Source: a virus
Lineage: Duplodnaviria; Caudoviricetes
Strand: one strand, 5' to 3'
Virus record (IMG/VR): IMGVR_UViG_3300025654_000042
Span: 1-27,048 of that record
Length of the DNA: 27,048 nucleotides
The position numbers and the translations under genes are program-made. A model generated the notes under the pieces. It did not search any database. It was not told where the DNA came from and worked only from the letters and a program-made list of their open reading frames with translations. Every line of letters starts with the position of its first letter. The stretch's first letter is position 1. Positions 18,242 to 25,376 of this stretch are shown in pieces.

Positions 18242-20653
18242 TTATTGCGGGTTGAACTGAGATAAATCAAATCCGCCTAGATTATCATTGCCGGCAGACT
18301 CAAAGTCTTTGGGTAACCCCTGTGTTTGCCTTTGCTCTATTAGCTGGCTTTGTTGCGATCCTTCTTTTTCAATTCTTTTATCTTTGCGATCTTCTATTTG
18401 CGCGTCTTTAGCTTTTATTTCTTGGGCTTTCATTTGCGCAAGCTTAAGATTGTATTGGAACTCTGTTGCCATTAACTCTTTTTTAATCTGTGCTTCGGTT
18501 TGCATTCTTTGCATTTCAAAGTTTGATTTAGCTTGTTCTATCGCTACTTTTTCTGCCGTCAACGCCTGTTGCTTTTGTACTTCAGCCATTGCGGCTTTCT
18601 CCGCGGACTCGGCGTTTGCCTGTGCTTGTGCTTGGATATTTTGCTGAACTAAAGCCTGCTCTCTTTCTTTTTTCTTTTTACGCTTAAGCTTTAGGAATTC
18701 GTTAGCTAACTTTAAGTTTTTAATCTGACTAATATCAATTGAATCCTCAATATCAATTTCTTTAGTTTGCAAAGCTATTTGAATATTCTTTTGCAGTTCC
18801 GCTTTTTCTTCGTCGTCTGGTTCCATCTCTAAAAATATACCAAAGTCATGAAGGTTAAGATTTTCAATCTCTTTTAGTGTTTCTACATTGAAAGTAGATA
18901 TACTATTCATTAAAGAGTTTTTAGTAAGAGGGAAGTTTAATACGTCATTTATTTTAAGCGATATGTTTTCGCAAGTACTTAATGCTAATTGTATGCTAGC
19001 GTCTTGTATATGTTTTGTAGCTGTATTAGAAGCGTTGGCTGCCATTTTTTGCAAGCCGACTAAGGCGTTGGGATCTGGCATAGCCCCGTCTCTGGCTTCA
19101 TTTAATCCAGTAACGTCTCTAATCATTTGCATATTATAGTTGTATGCAGTAATTAAGGATTGTATTTTAGATATACCGGAAGAGCTTGATAATTCTTGTA
19201 TAGGAACCTTGCCTCTGTTCATATCTCCGTCCTGTGTCATTGATCTACCAATAACAGAACCTGTTTGGAAGTACATGTTTAATGCTTCCGCTGGATTGTA
19301 ATTTGTACCGTTACCTAAATCAACCTCAGCTAATCCATCAACATCTAAGAATATTCCGTCAGGAACCATTCTAGACAACACCTGCTGTATTTTTAAATGT
19401 GTTAATTGTATTACATCAGCAAACCCAATGCACTTGCTTATAAGCGACTGTATCACTCCTTTGTACATTCTAGGAGCGGCTATAGAGTAACTCATCTCAA
19501 CTCTAGTTGTGTCTGCTAGCGGACGAGTCATATTTTCAGCCAACTTCCATTCTAGCATTATATCAGACCCAATAATTTTTGCCCCGCGATACAACACTTC
19601 AATTGATCTTGATACTCTTTCAAAATTATCATTTGCGGGAGGATTAAATTCACTAGTTTTTTCAATAGCTTTTTCTAATCCGTTATCTGTTTTCTTTATT
19701 TTAAATACTTGATCCGTGTAAGTCTTGTATTCAAAGTACATTACCTGAACGGTATTATAATCGTAGTTTTCAAAACCTCGTATCATTCTACGGTTACCTG
19801 GTGACTTTTGAATTCTTTCTAGCTCTTCGTCAGATATATGAGGAAATTCTTTTTTAAGTTCTGGTATAGTTATAGATTTAACTTCTCCTACATAATATAT
19901 ATCCCCAAAGTTGGGGTCCTCTGTATAAGACCACACGCAGTAAGCGGGATCTACGTAATCAATAACTATTCCTTCCGCAGGGTTAAACGATGTTTTAGTT
20001 ATACCTATCCCGATGTTAACTAAATCCTGGTTTACTCTTGCTCTAATTAAATCAAATTCATTAGTAGCCAATACCGTATTAATAGCTTCTTCCTCCGCAA
20101 TCTCTATAGCCGGTTTATACCTAAGCTGCATGTGTAAATCTCTTTCTTCCATTGATTGAGGAAGTTCTGAGTCGCTCATGCCCGATCTGCTAAGGTCCAT
20201 GGGTATAACAGAGCTAGCCTGCGCCCGGGCTTTTTGCGTTAGCATATCAAATAATATGTTTTCGGCATAATCCGTTCTTTTCTTTAAAGATTCAGGATCT
20301 TGCGAGTACGCTGATATATCGTATTGCTTTTGAGTAATACCGTTAGCCACGATGTTTGAAAACTTTGAAAGTATCGGAACTGGTTTCCAATCTAAATTCA
20401 AATAAGATAGATCACCATTGATAGCTAATTCATCTTTGTACTTCTGTACGCTTTGCTCTCCTCTAGCATATAGCCTAAGGTTATGAAAGTTATTCCAGTT
20501 TGATGCGTATCTATTCGAACCTGCTCCCCCGTAATTAAACCACTCTTGCTCAATAGCACGAGAAACCTGTAATCCGTACTCTAGCGTTGCTTTTTCAGCA
20601 TCACTTACTACCTGATCAGGAAATGGACTATTAGTATTTGTACTTACATTCAT
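18242..20653 (-). CDS. Portal protein (803 aa)
   Basis: Immediately after terL and the size of crAss-like portals. Motifs LNLDWKPVPILSKF, IVIDYVDPA, MIRDVTGLNEARDG, and a long Gln/Ala/Glu/Lys C-terminal coiled coil (barrel). Confidence 0.85.
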   Translation of the reverse strand: MNVSTNTNSPFPDQVVSDAEKATLEYGLQVSRAIEQEWFNYGGAGSNRYASNWNNFHNLRLYARGEQSVQKYKDELAINGDLSYLNLDWKPVPILSKFSNIVANGITQKQYDISAYSQDPESLKKRTDYAENILFDMLTQKARAQASSVIPMDLSRSGMSDSELPQSMEERDLHMQLRYKPAIEIAEEEAINTVLATNEFDLIRARVNQDLVNIGIGITKTSFNPAEGIVIDYVDPAYCVWSYTEDPNFGDIYYVGEVKSITIPELKKEFPHISDEELERIQKSPGNRRMIRGFENYDYNTVQVMYFEYKTYTDQVFKIKKTDNGLEKAIEKTSEFNPPANDNFERVSRSIEVLYRGAKIIGSDIMLEWKLAENMTRPLADTTRVEMSYSIAAPRMYKGVIQSLISKCIGFADVIQLTHLKIQQVLSRMVPDGIFLDVDGLAEVDLGNGTNYNPAEALNMYFQTGSVIGRSMTQDGDMNRGKVPIQELSSSSGISKIQSLITAYNYNMQMIRDVTGLNEARDGAMPDPNALVGLQKMAANASNTATKHIQDASIQLALSTCENISLKINDVLNFPLTKNSLMNSISTFNVETLKEIENLNLHDFGIFLEMEPDDEEKAELQKNIQIALQTKEIDIEDSIDISQIKNLKLANEFLKLKRKKKKEREQALVQQNIQAQAQANAESAEKAAMAEVQKQQALTAEKVAIEQAKSNFEMQRMQTEAQIKKELMATEFQYNLKLAQMKAQEIKAKDAQIEDRKDKRIEKEGSQQSQLIEQRQTQGLPKDFESAGNDNLGGFDLSQFNPQ

Positions 20654-22867
20654 CTATTGCATTATTTTTGAGGTGGTTCCTTTATTGTCGTATTTCTTAA
20701 ACCCTAAGGAGTATTTCTTTGTTGTTATAGCTCCCTTGGGACTATATCTATGTTTGTTGCATGCCATTAGTGCTAAGCCGGAGCTTATTGATGCATCATG
20801 CTTTGTCCTGTTGTTTATATCAAACTTGGCCCAGTCTTCTAATGTTCTTTGTAAATAAACATCACCGTACCCTTCTTTTGTTTGACCAACAAAGTCTTCT
20901 ATATAAGTTTCAATTGCCGAAGCGTGTGCTTGTTTAATATCTTCACTTGAGTTAGGTATACCACCTACTTCTCGTTCTGACACAGATAGCTTGTTGTAAG
21001 ATCTATCTGGTCTATTAATACTGAAGCCTCTGTATCCTCGACGCTTTAAATAGTAAAGCAATCTAGGTTTGTTATTTTCACATAATATTGGCATTCCGTA
21101 AAACACCATAGCCATCAGCACGTCTTCAAAAAACATTTCAGCGGTTGATGGTCTAGCTATATATTCTAAAAAGAAATGATTAGGGGGTGCGTCTTCCATT
21201 GAAAACTTAGTTAATCCATGAAGCGCTCCGTTAGAACCTCCACCACCAACAACACCACTAATATCGTAACTGTCACAACCAAAAGCTCCAATATGTTCGT
21301 TTCCAGGGTACTTGATACCATTCTTTATTATTATGTTATTTTGTTGTTCTTGATTAGGAACCCAAGTAATCCAAAATCTACCGTCTTTGTTTGGGTAGAA
21401 CATTACTCTTGTATCTTTAATACCGTTTTCCCATTGAAAGTTTCCCTTCGTAACCATTGTATTGTTTTTTAACTCGTCGTTATAATCTATCTGTTGGTAG
21501 ATCTTAGTCAAGTTAAATAACGATTGCTTAGACTCATCTCTAAAAGCATGTTGCTCTGTTCTTGGAAATTGACGATAGTATTCGTTCAATGCATCAGGAT
21601 CGTCTTTTAATCCTTCAACTTCATTTTCCCAATGATCAATGACGCCCTCATCAATAATGTCACCTTGAGGACCAAGAATGTCTTTCTTAGGTACGTCAAA
21701 AACCGGCCAACCGTGTTCATCAATGAATCCTTCATAGTTCCACTCCATTGGTATAAAAAGCTTATACAATCCGCTTTTTGTTTGCCCATTCTTATTTCTT
21801 TTTGTAACGTCTGAATCGTTATATAATTTTTTAAAGTTTTTACCTCCCTTGTCTAATGCATTTGAGGTTGAGCCCATCATACACTTACCGATAATGCGAC
21901 TACCTAATCTTAAACAAGTTTTTGTAACTCGCCAGTTGTTAAGTATGTTAGTAGGCCTTTCCCACTTACCGCTTTCGTCGTGTACTAATAGCTTTAGTTT
22001 TTCTCCATCGTAAGAGTTGTCCCCGGTGTTTTTCCAGTCGATCGTTGTGTCGAGACCTGTAATTTCCTGGAGTTTCTCGTTTGAATCGAGTTTCCTCCTT
22101 GTAAGCTTTGAGGCTGGTACTCTGTACGCAAGCTCTGTTTTCGGGCGGTCCATTCCGTCCTGTATTGGTTTAAAGAAGAATGGATAGTTAACCGATATCG
22201 GAACAACTTTGTCTGTAAACATCTTCTTTGCATCGGGTCCAGACTTGGACAATATGCCAAATCTAGCATCCGTAGATATTGTGCCTTGGTTAACGGTCTC
22301 TCCTGAGGCCATGAAAGAAAAGCCCGATCTTCTGTTCTTAAGGTAGCACATGCCATAGCTTCGTCTGTCTGCTTTGCAAGCTTCCCAAAAAAGATAGAAC
22401 AATCTGTTTGATTCTCTAAAGTCTGGGTGCCCAACGTCAATCTTGGACCACTGCAGGTACATGTAATGAGTACCAGTAATATAAGTAGGCTTGTCTTTGT
22501 TAATAAACCAAAAACCTTCTTCGCGCCTGTTAAACTCTGTGTCAATATATCCATACCACTTCTCTTTAAATGCAGTCGGATACTTTTCCCAATCCGCTTC
22601 GCTTTTGATTTTACTTAATTCTTTTGGGTATTCTTTTGGCGCCCACTTATTAATTCCCTTACTGAGTTTATCCTCTAGCAAAGGTAATGCAATATGTAAA
22701 TCACCAATAACATATATATCTCCTATCTTACCTGTTCTACTTATTACAACAAGATCGTATTCTTTGTCGTAACCATACTCCCATTTAGCGTAGCGATTCT
22801 TTTTCTTAATTGCTTGCGGCTTAACGTAGTCTTTGGCTATCCGGTATAATTCCTGTTGATATGCCAT
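20654..22867 (-). CDS. terL: Terminase large subunit (737 aa)
   Basis: Walker A-like YLKNRRSGFS, Walker B LLVHDESGKW, coupling motif MMGSTSN, YYRQFP..EQHAF, and an RNase H-like nuclease with FGCDSYD, LCENNK and HDASISSGLALMA. Adjacent to the portal. Confidence 0.92.
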   Translation of the reverse strand: MAYQQELYRIAKDYVKPQAIKKKNRYAKWEYGYDKEYDLVVISRTGKIGDIYVIGDLHIALPLLEDKLSKGINKWAPKEYPKELSKIKSEADWEKYPTAFKEKWYGYIDTEFNRREEGFWFINKDKPTYITGTHYMYLQWSKIDVGHPDFRESNRLFYLFWEACKADRRSYGMCYLKNRRSGFSFMASGETVNQGTISTDARFGILSKSGPDAKKMFTDKVVPISVNYPFFFKPIQDGMDRPKTELAYRVPASKLTRRKLDSNEKLQEITGLDTTIDWKNTGDNSYDGEKLKLLVHDESGKWERPTNILNNWRVTKTCLRLGSRIIGKCMMGSTSNALDKGGKNFKKLYNDSDVTKRNKNGQTKSGLYKLFIPMEWNYEGFIDEHGWPVFDVPKKDILGPQGDIIDEGVIDHWENEVEGLKDDPDALNEYYRQFPRTEQHAFRDESKQSLFNLTKIYQQIDYNDELKNNTMVTKGNFQWENGIKDTRVMFYPNKDGRFWITWVPNQEQQNNIIIKNGIKYPGNEHIGAFGCDSYDISGVVGGGGSNGALHGLTKFSMEDAPPNHFFLEYIARPSTAEMFFEDVLMAMVFYGMPILCENNKPRLLYYLKRRGYRGFSINRPDRSYNKLSVSEREVGGIPNSSEDIKQAHASAIETYIEDFVGQTKEGYGDVYLQRTLEDWAKFDINNRTKHDASISSGLALMACNKHRYSPKGAITTKKYSLGFKKYDNKGTTSKIMQ
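21994..22554 (-). CDS. Candidate overprinted lipoprotein/membrane-anchored protein in +1 frame of terL (186 aa)
   Basis: 561-nt nested ORF with ATG, basic n-region (KK..K), hydrophobic SLLILLVLIT, then C32-T-C34-SG. terL synonymous codons across this span avoid +1-frame stops. A is present at -6 and -11 to -13 of the start. Confidence 0.55.
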   Translation of the reverse strand: MDILTQSLTGAKKVFGLLTKTSLLILLVLITCTCSGPRLTLGTQTLENQTDCSIFFGKLAKQTDEAMACATLRTEDRAFLSWPQERPLTKAQYLRMLDLAYCPSLDPMQRRCLQTKLFRYRLTIHSSLNQYRTEWTARKQSLRTEYQPQSLQGGNSIQTRNSRKLQVSTQRSTGKTPGTTLTMEKN

Positions 22868-23139
22868 TATTTAGATCTCGATTCTGCAAACCCTTTAAAA
22901 GCAGGTTTAGTTGAAGCACTTGACGATTCGTTTATCATACTTTCCTCCTCCTGAATTCTTGTAAGAATTTCAAAGGCGTCAAATATACATAACTTTTTAG
23001 TAGCGGCAGCATTTTTAAGTCTGTCAGCTGAGATATCCTCTTCTGAGTCAACGATCTTTTCTTTTGCTACCTTTACTAATTCTTCAATCGCTAGTCGCCC
23101 AGCGGCTATTATATTCTTCTTCGTTTCTATCGAGTCCAT
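22867..23139 (-). CDS. Probable terminase small subunit (90 aa)
   Basis: Small helical protein directly upstream of terL and coupled to it by a TAATG stop/start overlap. Ends FKGFAESRSK. Function is inferred from position. Confidence 0.5.
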   Translation of the reverse strand: MDSIETKKNIIAAGRLAIEELVKVAKEKIVDSEEDISADRLKNAAATKKLCIFDAFEILTRIQEEESMINESSSASTKPAFKGFAESRSK

Positions 23140-23689
23140 ACTTTATAACAATATCATTTGATTTCATACAATACATAATCTGATTGTCTACAACAAATTC
23201 CCATTCGCTATTTGGTGTGAACCCAACTATGTCTCCTGGATTGATTCCAGACTCCTCTAAGGAGCTATTACCTATTTTAAGTATACCAATAAGATCAGCT
23301 ACTTTATCTGTGCTTAAAAGGTCTTTATTCTTGACAGGCGCAACAAAGCATCTATCTCCGAATGATTTCCAAGTATTTTTTCTTTTATACAAATACACTT
23401 GATCAACCGCACAAAAAAATAAGTCGTCTTTTAAGAAAGACCTACTGTTCTTTTTGATTCCTTTCATGTCGTAAAATACCCTGAACACATTGTGGTGTAC
23501 CATAATTAAATCACCTTTTCTTATAGGAGTTGCAAATGCAACTGGTGTTTCAACTACCTCAGCAATATTGTTAACATGCTTAAAGCTTTCTATAGAGCTA
23601 TTTGTTATAAGGGTATGCTCTCCAACCTTTACCTCGTTATCATACCTTTTGCCTACCGGCTTTATGATAAAGTCATATACACTCCGCAT
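23084..23689 (-). CDS. GroES-like co-chaperonin with two tandem domains (201 aa)
   Basis: Two GroES-like repeats: DFIIKP...IAEVVETP...IRKGDLIMV and DRCFVAPV...GILKIGN...GINPGDIVGF...EFVVDNQIMYCMKSNDI. Confidence 0.65.
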   Translation of the reverse strand: MRSVYDFIIKPVGKRYDNEVKVGEHTLITNSSIESFKHVNNIAEVVETPVAFATPIRKGDLIMVHHNVFRVFYDMKGIKKNSRSFLKDDLFFCAVDQVYLYKRKNTWKSFGDRCFVAPVKNKDLLSTDKVADLIGILKIGNSSLEESGINPGDIVGFTPNSEWEFVVDNQIMYCMKSNDIVIKYGLDRNEEEYNSRWATSD

Positions 23690-23916
23690 TAATATTCTAA
23701 GTCATATTCAACGGATATTGCCATGTTTGAATTAAATTTCTTCCATGGCATTATCTCGTCTACTTTTTTTATAAATATATTATAAGAATTATCAGACTCT
23801 TCAAATAGTATGTGAGAGATTTCGTGACCGCCGTAAACTGTCTGTTTAACAGAGTAATGCATTGCTTCGTTTTTATAGTCAGCCCCGATACTAATCTTTC
23901 TTATAATACTATCCAT
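23689..23916 (-). CDS. Hypothetical protein (75 aa)
   Basis: Clean small beta-rich ORF, coupled to the GroES-like gene by a TAATG overlap. Confidence 0.65.
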   Translation of the reverse strand: MDSIIRKISIGADYKNEAMHYSVKQTVYGGHEISHILFEESDNSYNIFIKKVDEIMPWKKFNSNMAISVEYDLEY

Positions 23917-23919
23917 AAC

Positions 23920-24177
23920 TTACTCTTTAATTTCTTCGTAAGTTCCGTCAGTGAGATTTATATTGATTGGTCCATAGTTTTCCTCAATACTTTTTTTCAT
24001 CTCATCCATGCCTTTTTCAAGCATGTTGACTTGGTAAATAGCTTTAGCTTTCTGTACCTCTAGTACACCAATGTTGGCTAGATAAGATTGCAGCTCCGTT
24101 TGAAGCTCTGTTACTCTTTCTAATTCTTCTTTGGTGATTGCTTTTGGAGTTACCTCCATTTCTTTTACTTTGCTCAT
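23920..24177 (-). CDS. Small coiled-coil protein (85 aa; start revised to MSKVKEM)
   Basis: ATG at 24177 follows an AT-rich leader (ATTAAATTAAATCAA-ATG) and removes the overlap implied by the track's 24264 start. Helical hairpin ending YGPININLTDGTY. Confidence 0.65.
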   Translation of the reverse strand: MSKVKEMEVTPKAITKEELERVTELQTELQSYLANIGVLEVQKAKAIYQVNMLEKGMDEMKKSIEENYGPININLTDGTYEEIKE

Positions 24178-24202
24178 TTGATTTAATTTAATTGTTAATT
24201 GT

Positions 24203-24616
24203 TTATTTATAAACTCTAAATTTTTCGCCTCTTCTTTTGTCTTGATTACTATTTGAAAAGTCAACTATTTTATTGCTTTTGTCAAAAGCTCTACCTTTGA
24301 ATCCTTTAGGAAGATTGCCGTAAGTAGAAGCACTAGCCATTGTGTTAGCGTTAGTTCCGCTCGTAAGGTTTCCTTTTTTACCGCTAGTAGATTGGCTTTG
24401 TGACCCAAAATCTATTGCGTTGCCAACTTGCTTTGACAACTTGTCCGCGGGAGAACCCGAAACCACATCTATACTAGATGTTTCCTTTGTTTCAGTATCA
24501 AAGGATTTAACTTTTTTCTTTTTCTTTTTGTCTCCTCCGTTTTGATATCCACCTGTAATTTCATCTACCATTTTATTGGTAACCGGTGCTCTTCCAAATT
24601 CTTGTTTGTATGCCAT
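24203..24616 (-). CDS. Basic low-complexity hypothetical protein (137 aa), possibly internal virion protein
   Basis: ATG with A-rich leader (AAACAAAAATT-ATG). Lys/Ser/Gly-rich with a KKKKKK run. Confidence 0.6.
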   Translation of the reverse strand: MAYKQEFGRAPVTNKMVDEITGGYQNGGDKKKKKKVKSFDTETKETSSIDVVSGSPADKLSKQVGNAIDFGSQSQSTSGKKGNLTSGTNANTMASASTYGNLPKGFKGRAFDKSNKIVDFSNSNQDKRRGEKFRVYK

Positions 24617-24626
24617 AATTTTTGTT

Positions 24627-24971
24627 TTAGTATAATCGTGTTAAAGCGTAAGTTCCGCGAACGTCGCCTGTGTATTTTGTAGAAATTGAATCCCTGGTTA
24701 TAAGTGTGTATTCTATTGTTACTCTGTACCCGTTGTCTGGGTTATGTAGCTTTGTTATAAAACTTGTTACTCCCTCATCAAATATTTCTTCGGTTATAAC
24801 ATCGTATTCTTCAAAAGAGGTATTAAAACATTGTAGTACCGCGTAATCTGACGCAAGTATTGTTTTTAAGTAATTGCTTCCTTCAGTTTTCCATATCCCG
24901 TTAAATGCTTCTTGAGCTGTTAATGTTAATGACGTTAAAACTAAACATAGTGTAATAAATAAATTTTTCAT
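24627..24971 (-). CDS. Secreted/periplasmic small beta protein with Sec signal peptide (114 aa)
   Basis: MKNLFITLCLVLTSLTLTA|QEAFNGIWK is an SPase I signal with Gln at +1. The GxW motif and alternating beta strands suggest a lipocalin-like barrel. Confidence 0.7.
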   Translation of the reverse strand: MKNLFITLCLVLTSLTLTAQEAFNGIWKTEGSNYLKTILASDYAVLQCFNTSFEEYDVITEEIFDEGVTSFITKLHNPDNGYRVTIEYTLITRDSISTKYTGDVRGTYALTRLY

Positions 24972-24987
24972 AAGATTTGATTTTATT

Positions 24988-25017
24988 ATATAATCACACG
25001 CTTTTTTGAAAAACTAC
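24988..25017 (-). promoter_or_regulatory. Conserved 30-bp intergenic motif, copy 2 (candidate phage late promoter)
   Basis: Minus strand GTAGTTTTTCAAAAAAGCGTGTGATTATAT is 26/30 identical to 14642-14671. It ends 16 nt before the ATG at 24971. Confidence 0.6.
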
Positions 25018-25025
25018 CTATTTTT

Positions 25026-25376
25026 TTAATCTATAGGCTCCGGAGGTACTTCTGCACCTCTTGGCCAACCCATAAAACTATGTGCTGCTGCATCCCCTGG
25101 GAACACTTCGTATGTTCCGAAATCAAGTAGGTCGCTAGACATTACATCATACGCCCACCCTGGGTAATAAACTGGTGGTGTTATCTCGTGACCATCAGGA
25201 CCGTAAGTTCCTGGTGTCTCAACCACCTTACCAATGTTTACTACTGCTGCTGTTCCGTTTGTAAACTGCATGGTTGTTACACCCTCTTCGGTTACCTCTT
25301 CCCATACCCCTTTGGATATTAGGATGTCTTTACCTTGTTGTTCTGTATCAAATACAGTCTTATAAATTTGCATCAT
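25026..25376 (-). CDS. Tail fibre-associated small acidic protein (116 aa)
   Basis: The start overlaps the fibre stop (ATGA). A small acidic protein directly after a fibre gene; a chaperone/accessory role is inferred from position. Confidence 0.55.
   Translation of the reverse strand: MMQIYKTVFDTEQQGKDILISKGVWEEVTEEGVTTMQFTNGTAAVVNIGKVVETPGTYGPDGHEITPPVYYPGWAYDVMSSDLLDFGTYEVFPGDAAAHSFMGWPRGAEVPPEPID

Noticed and set aside
21607-21789. Second +1-frame ORF (60 aa) in terL
   Set aside because: It is short enough to arise by chance, has no clear signal or motif, and is separated from the 186-aa ORF by stops. Revisit only if conserved.
24178-24264. N-terminal extension of the 23920 ORF given by the track
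   Set aside because: It overlaps the upstream gene and runs through an AT-rich leader. The ATG at 24177 is the better start.
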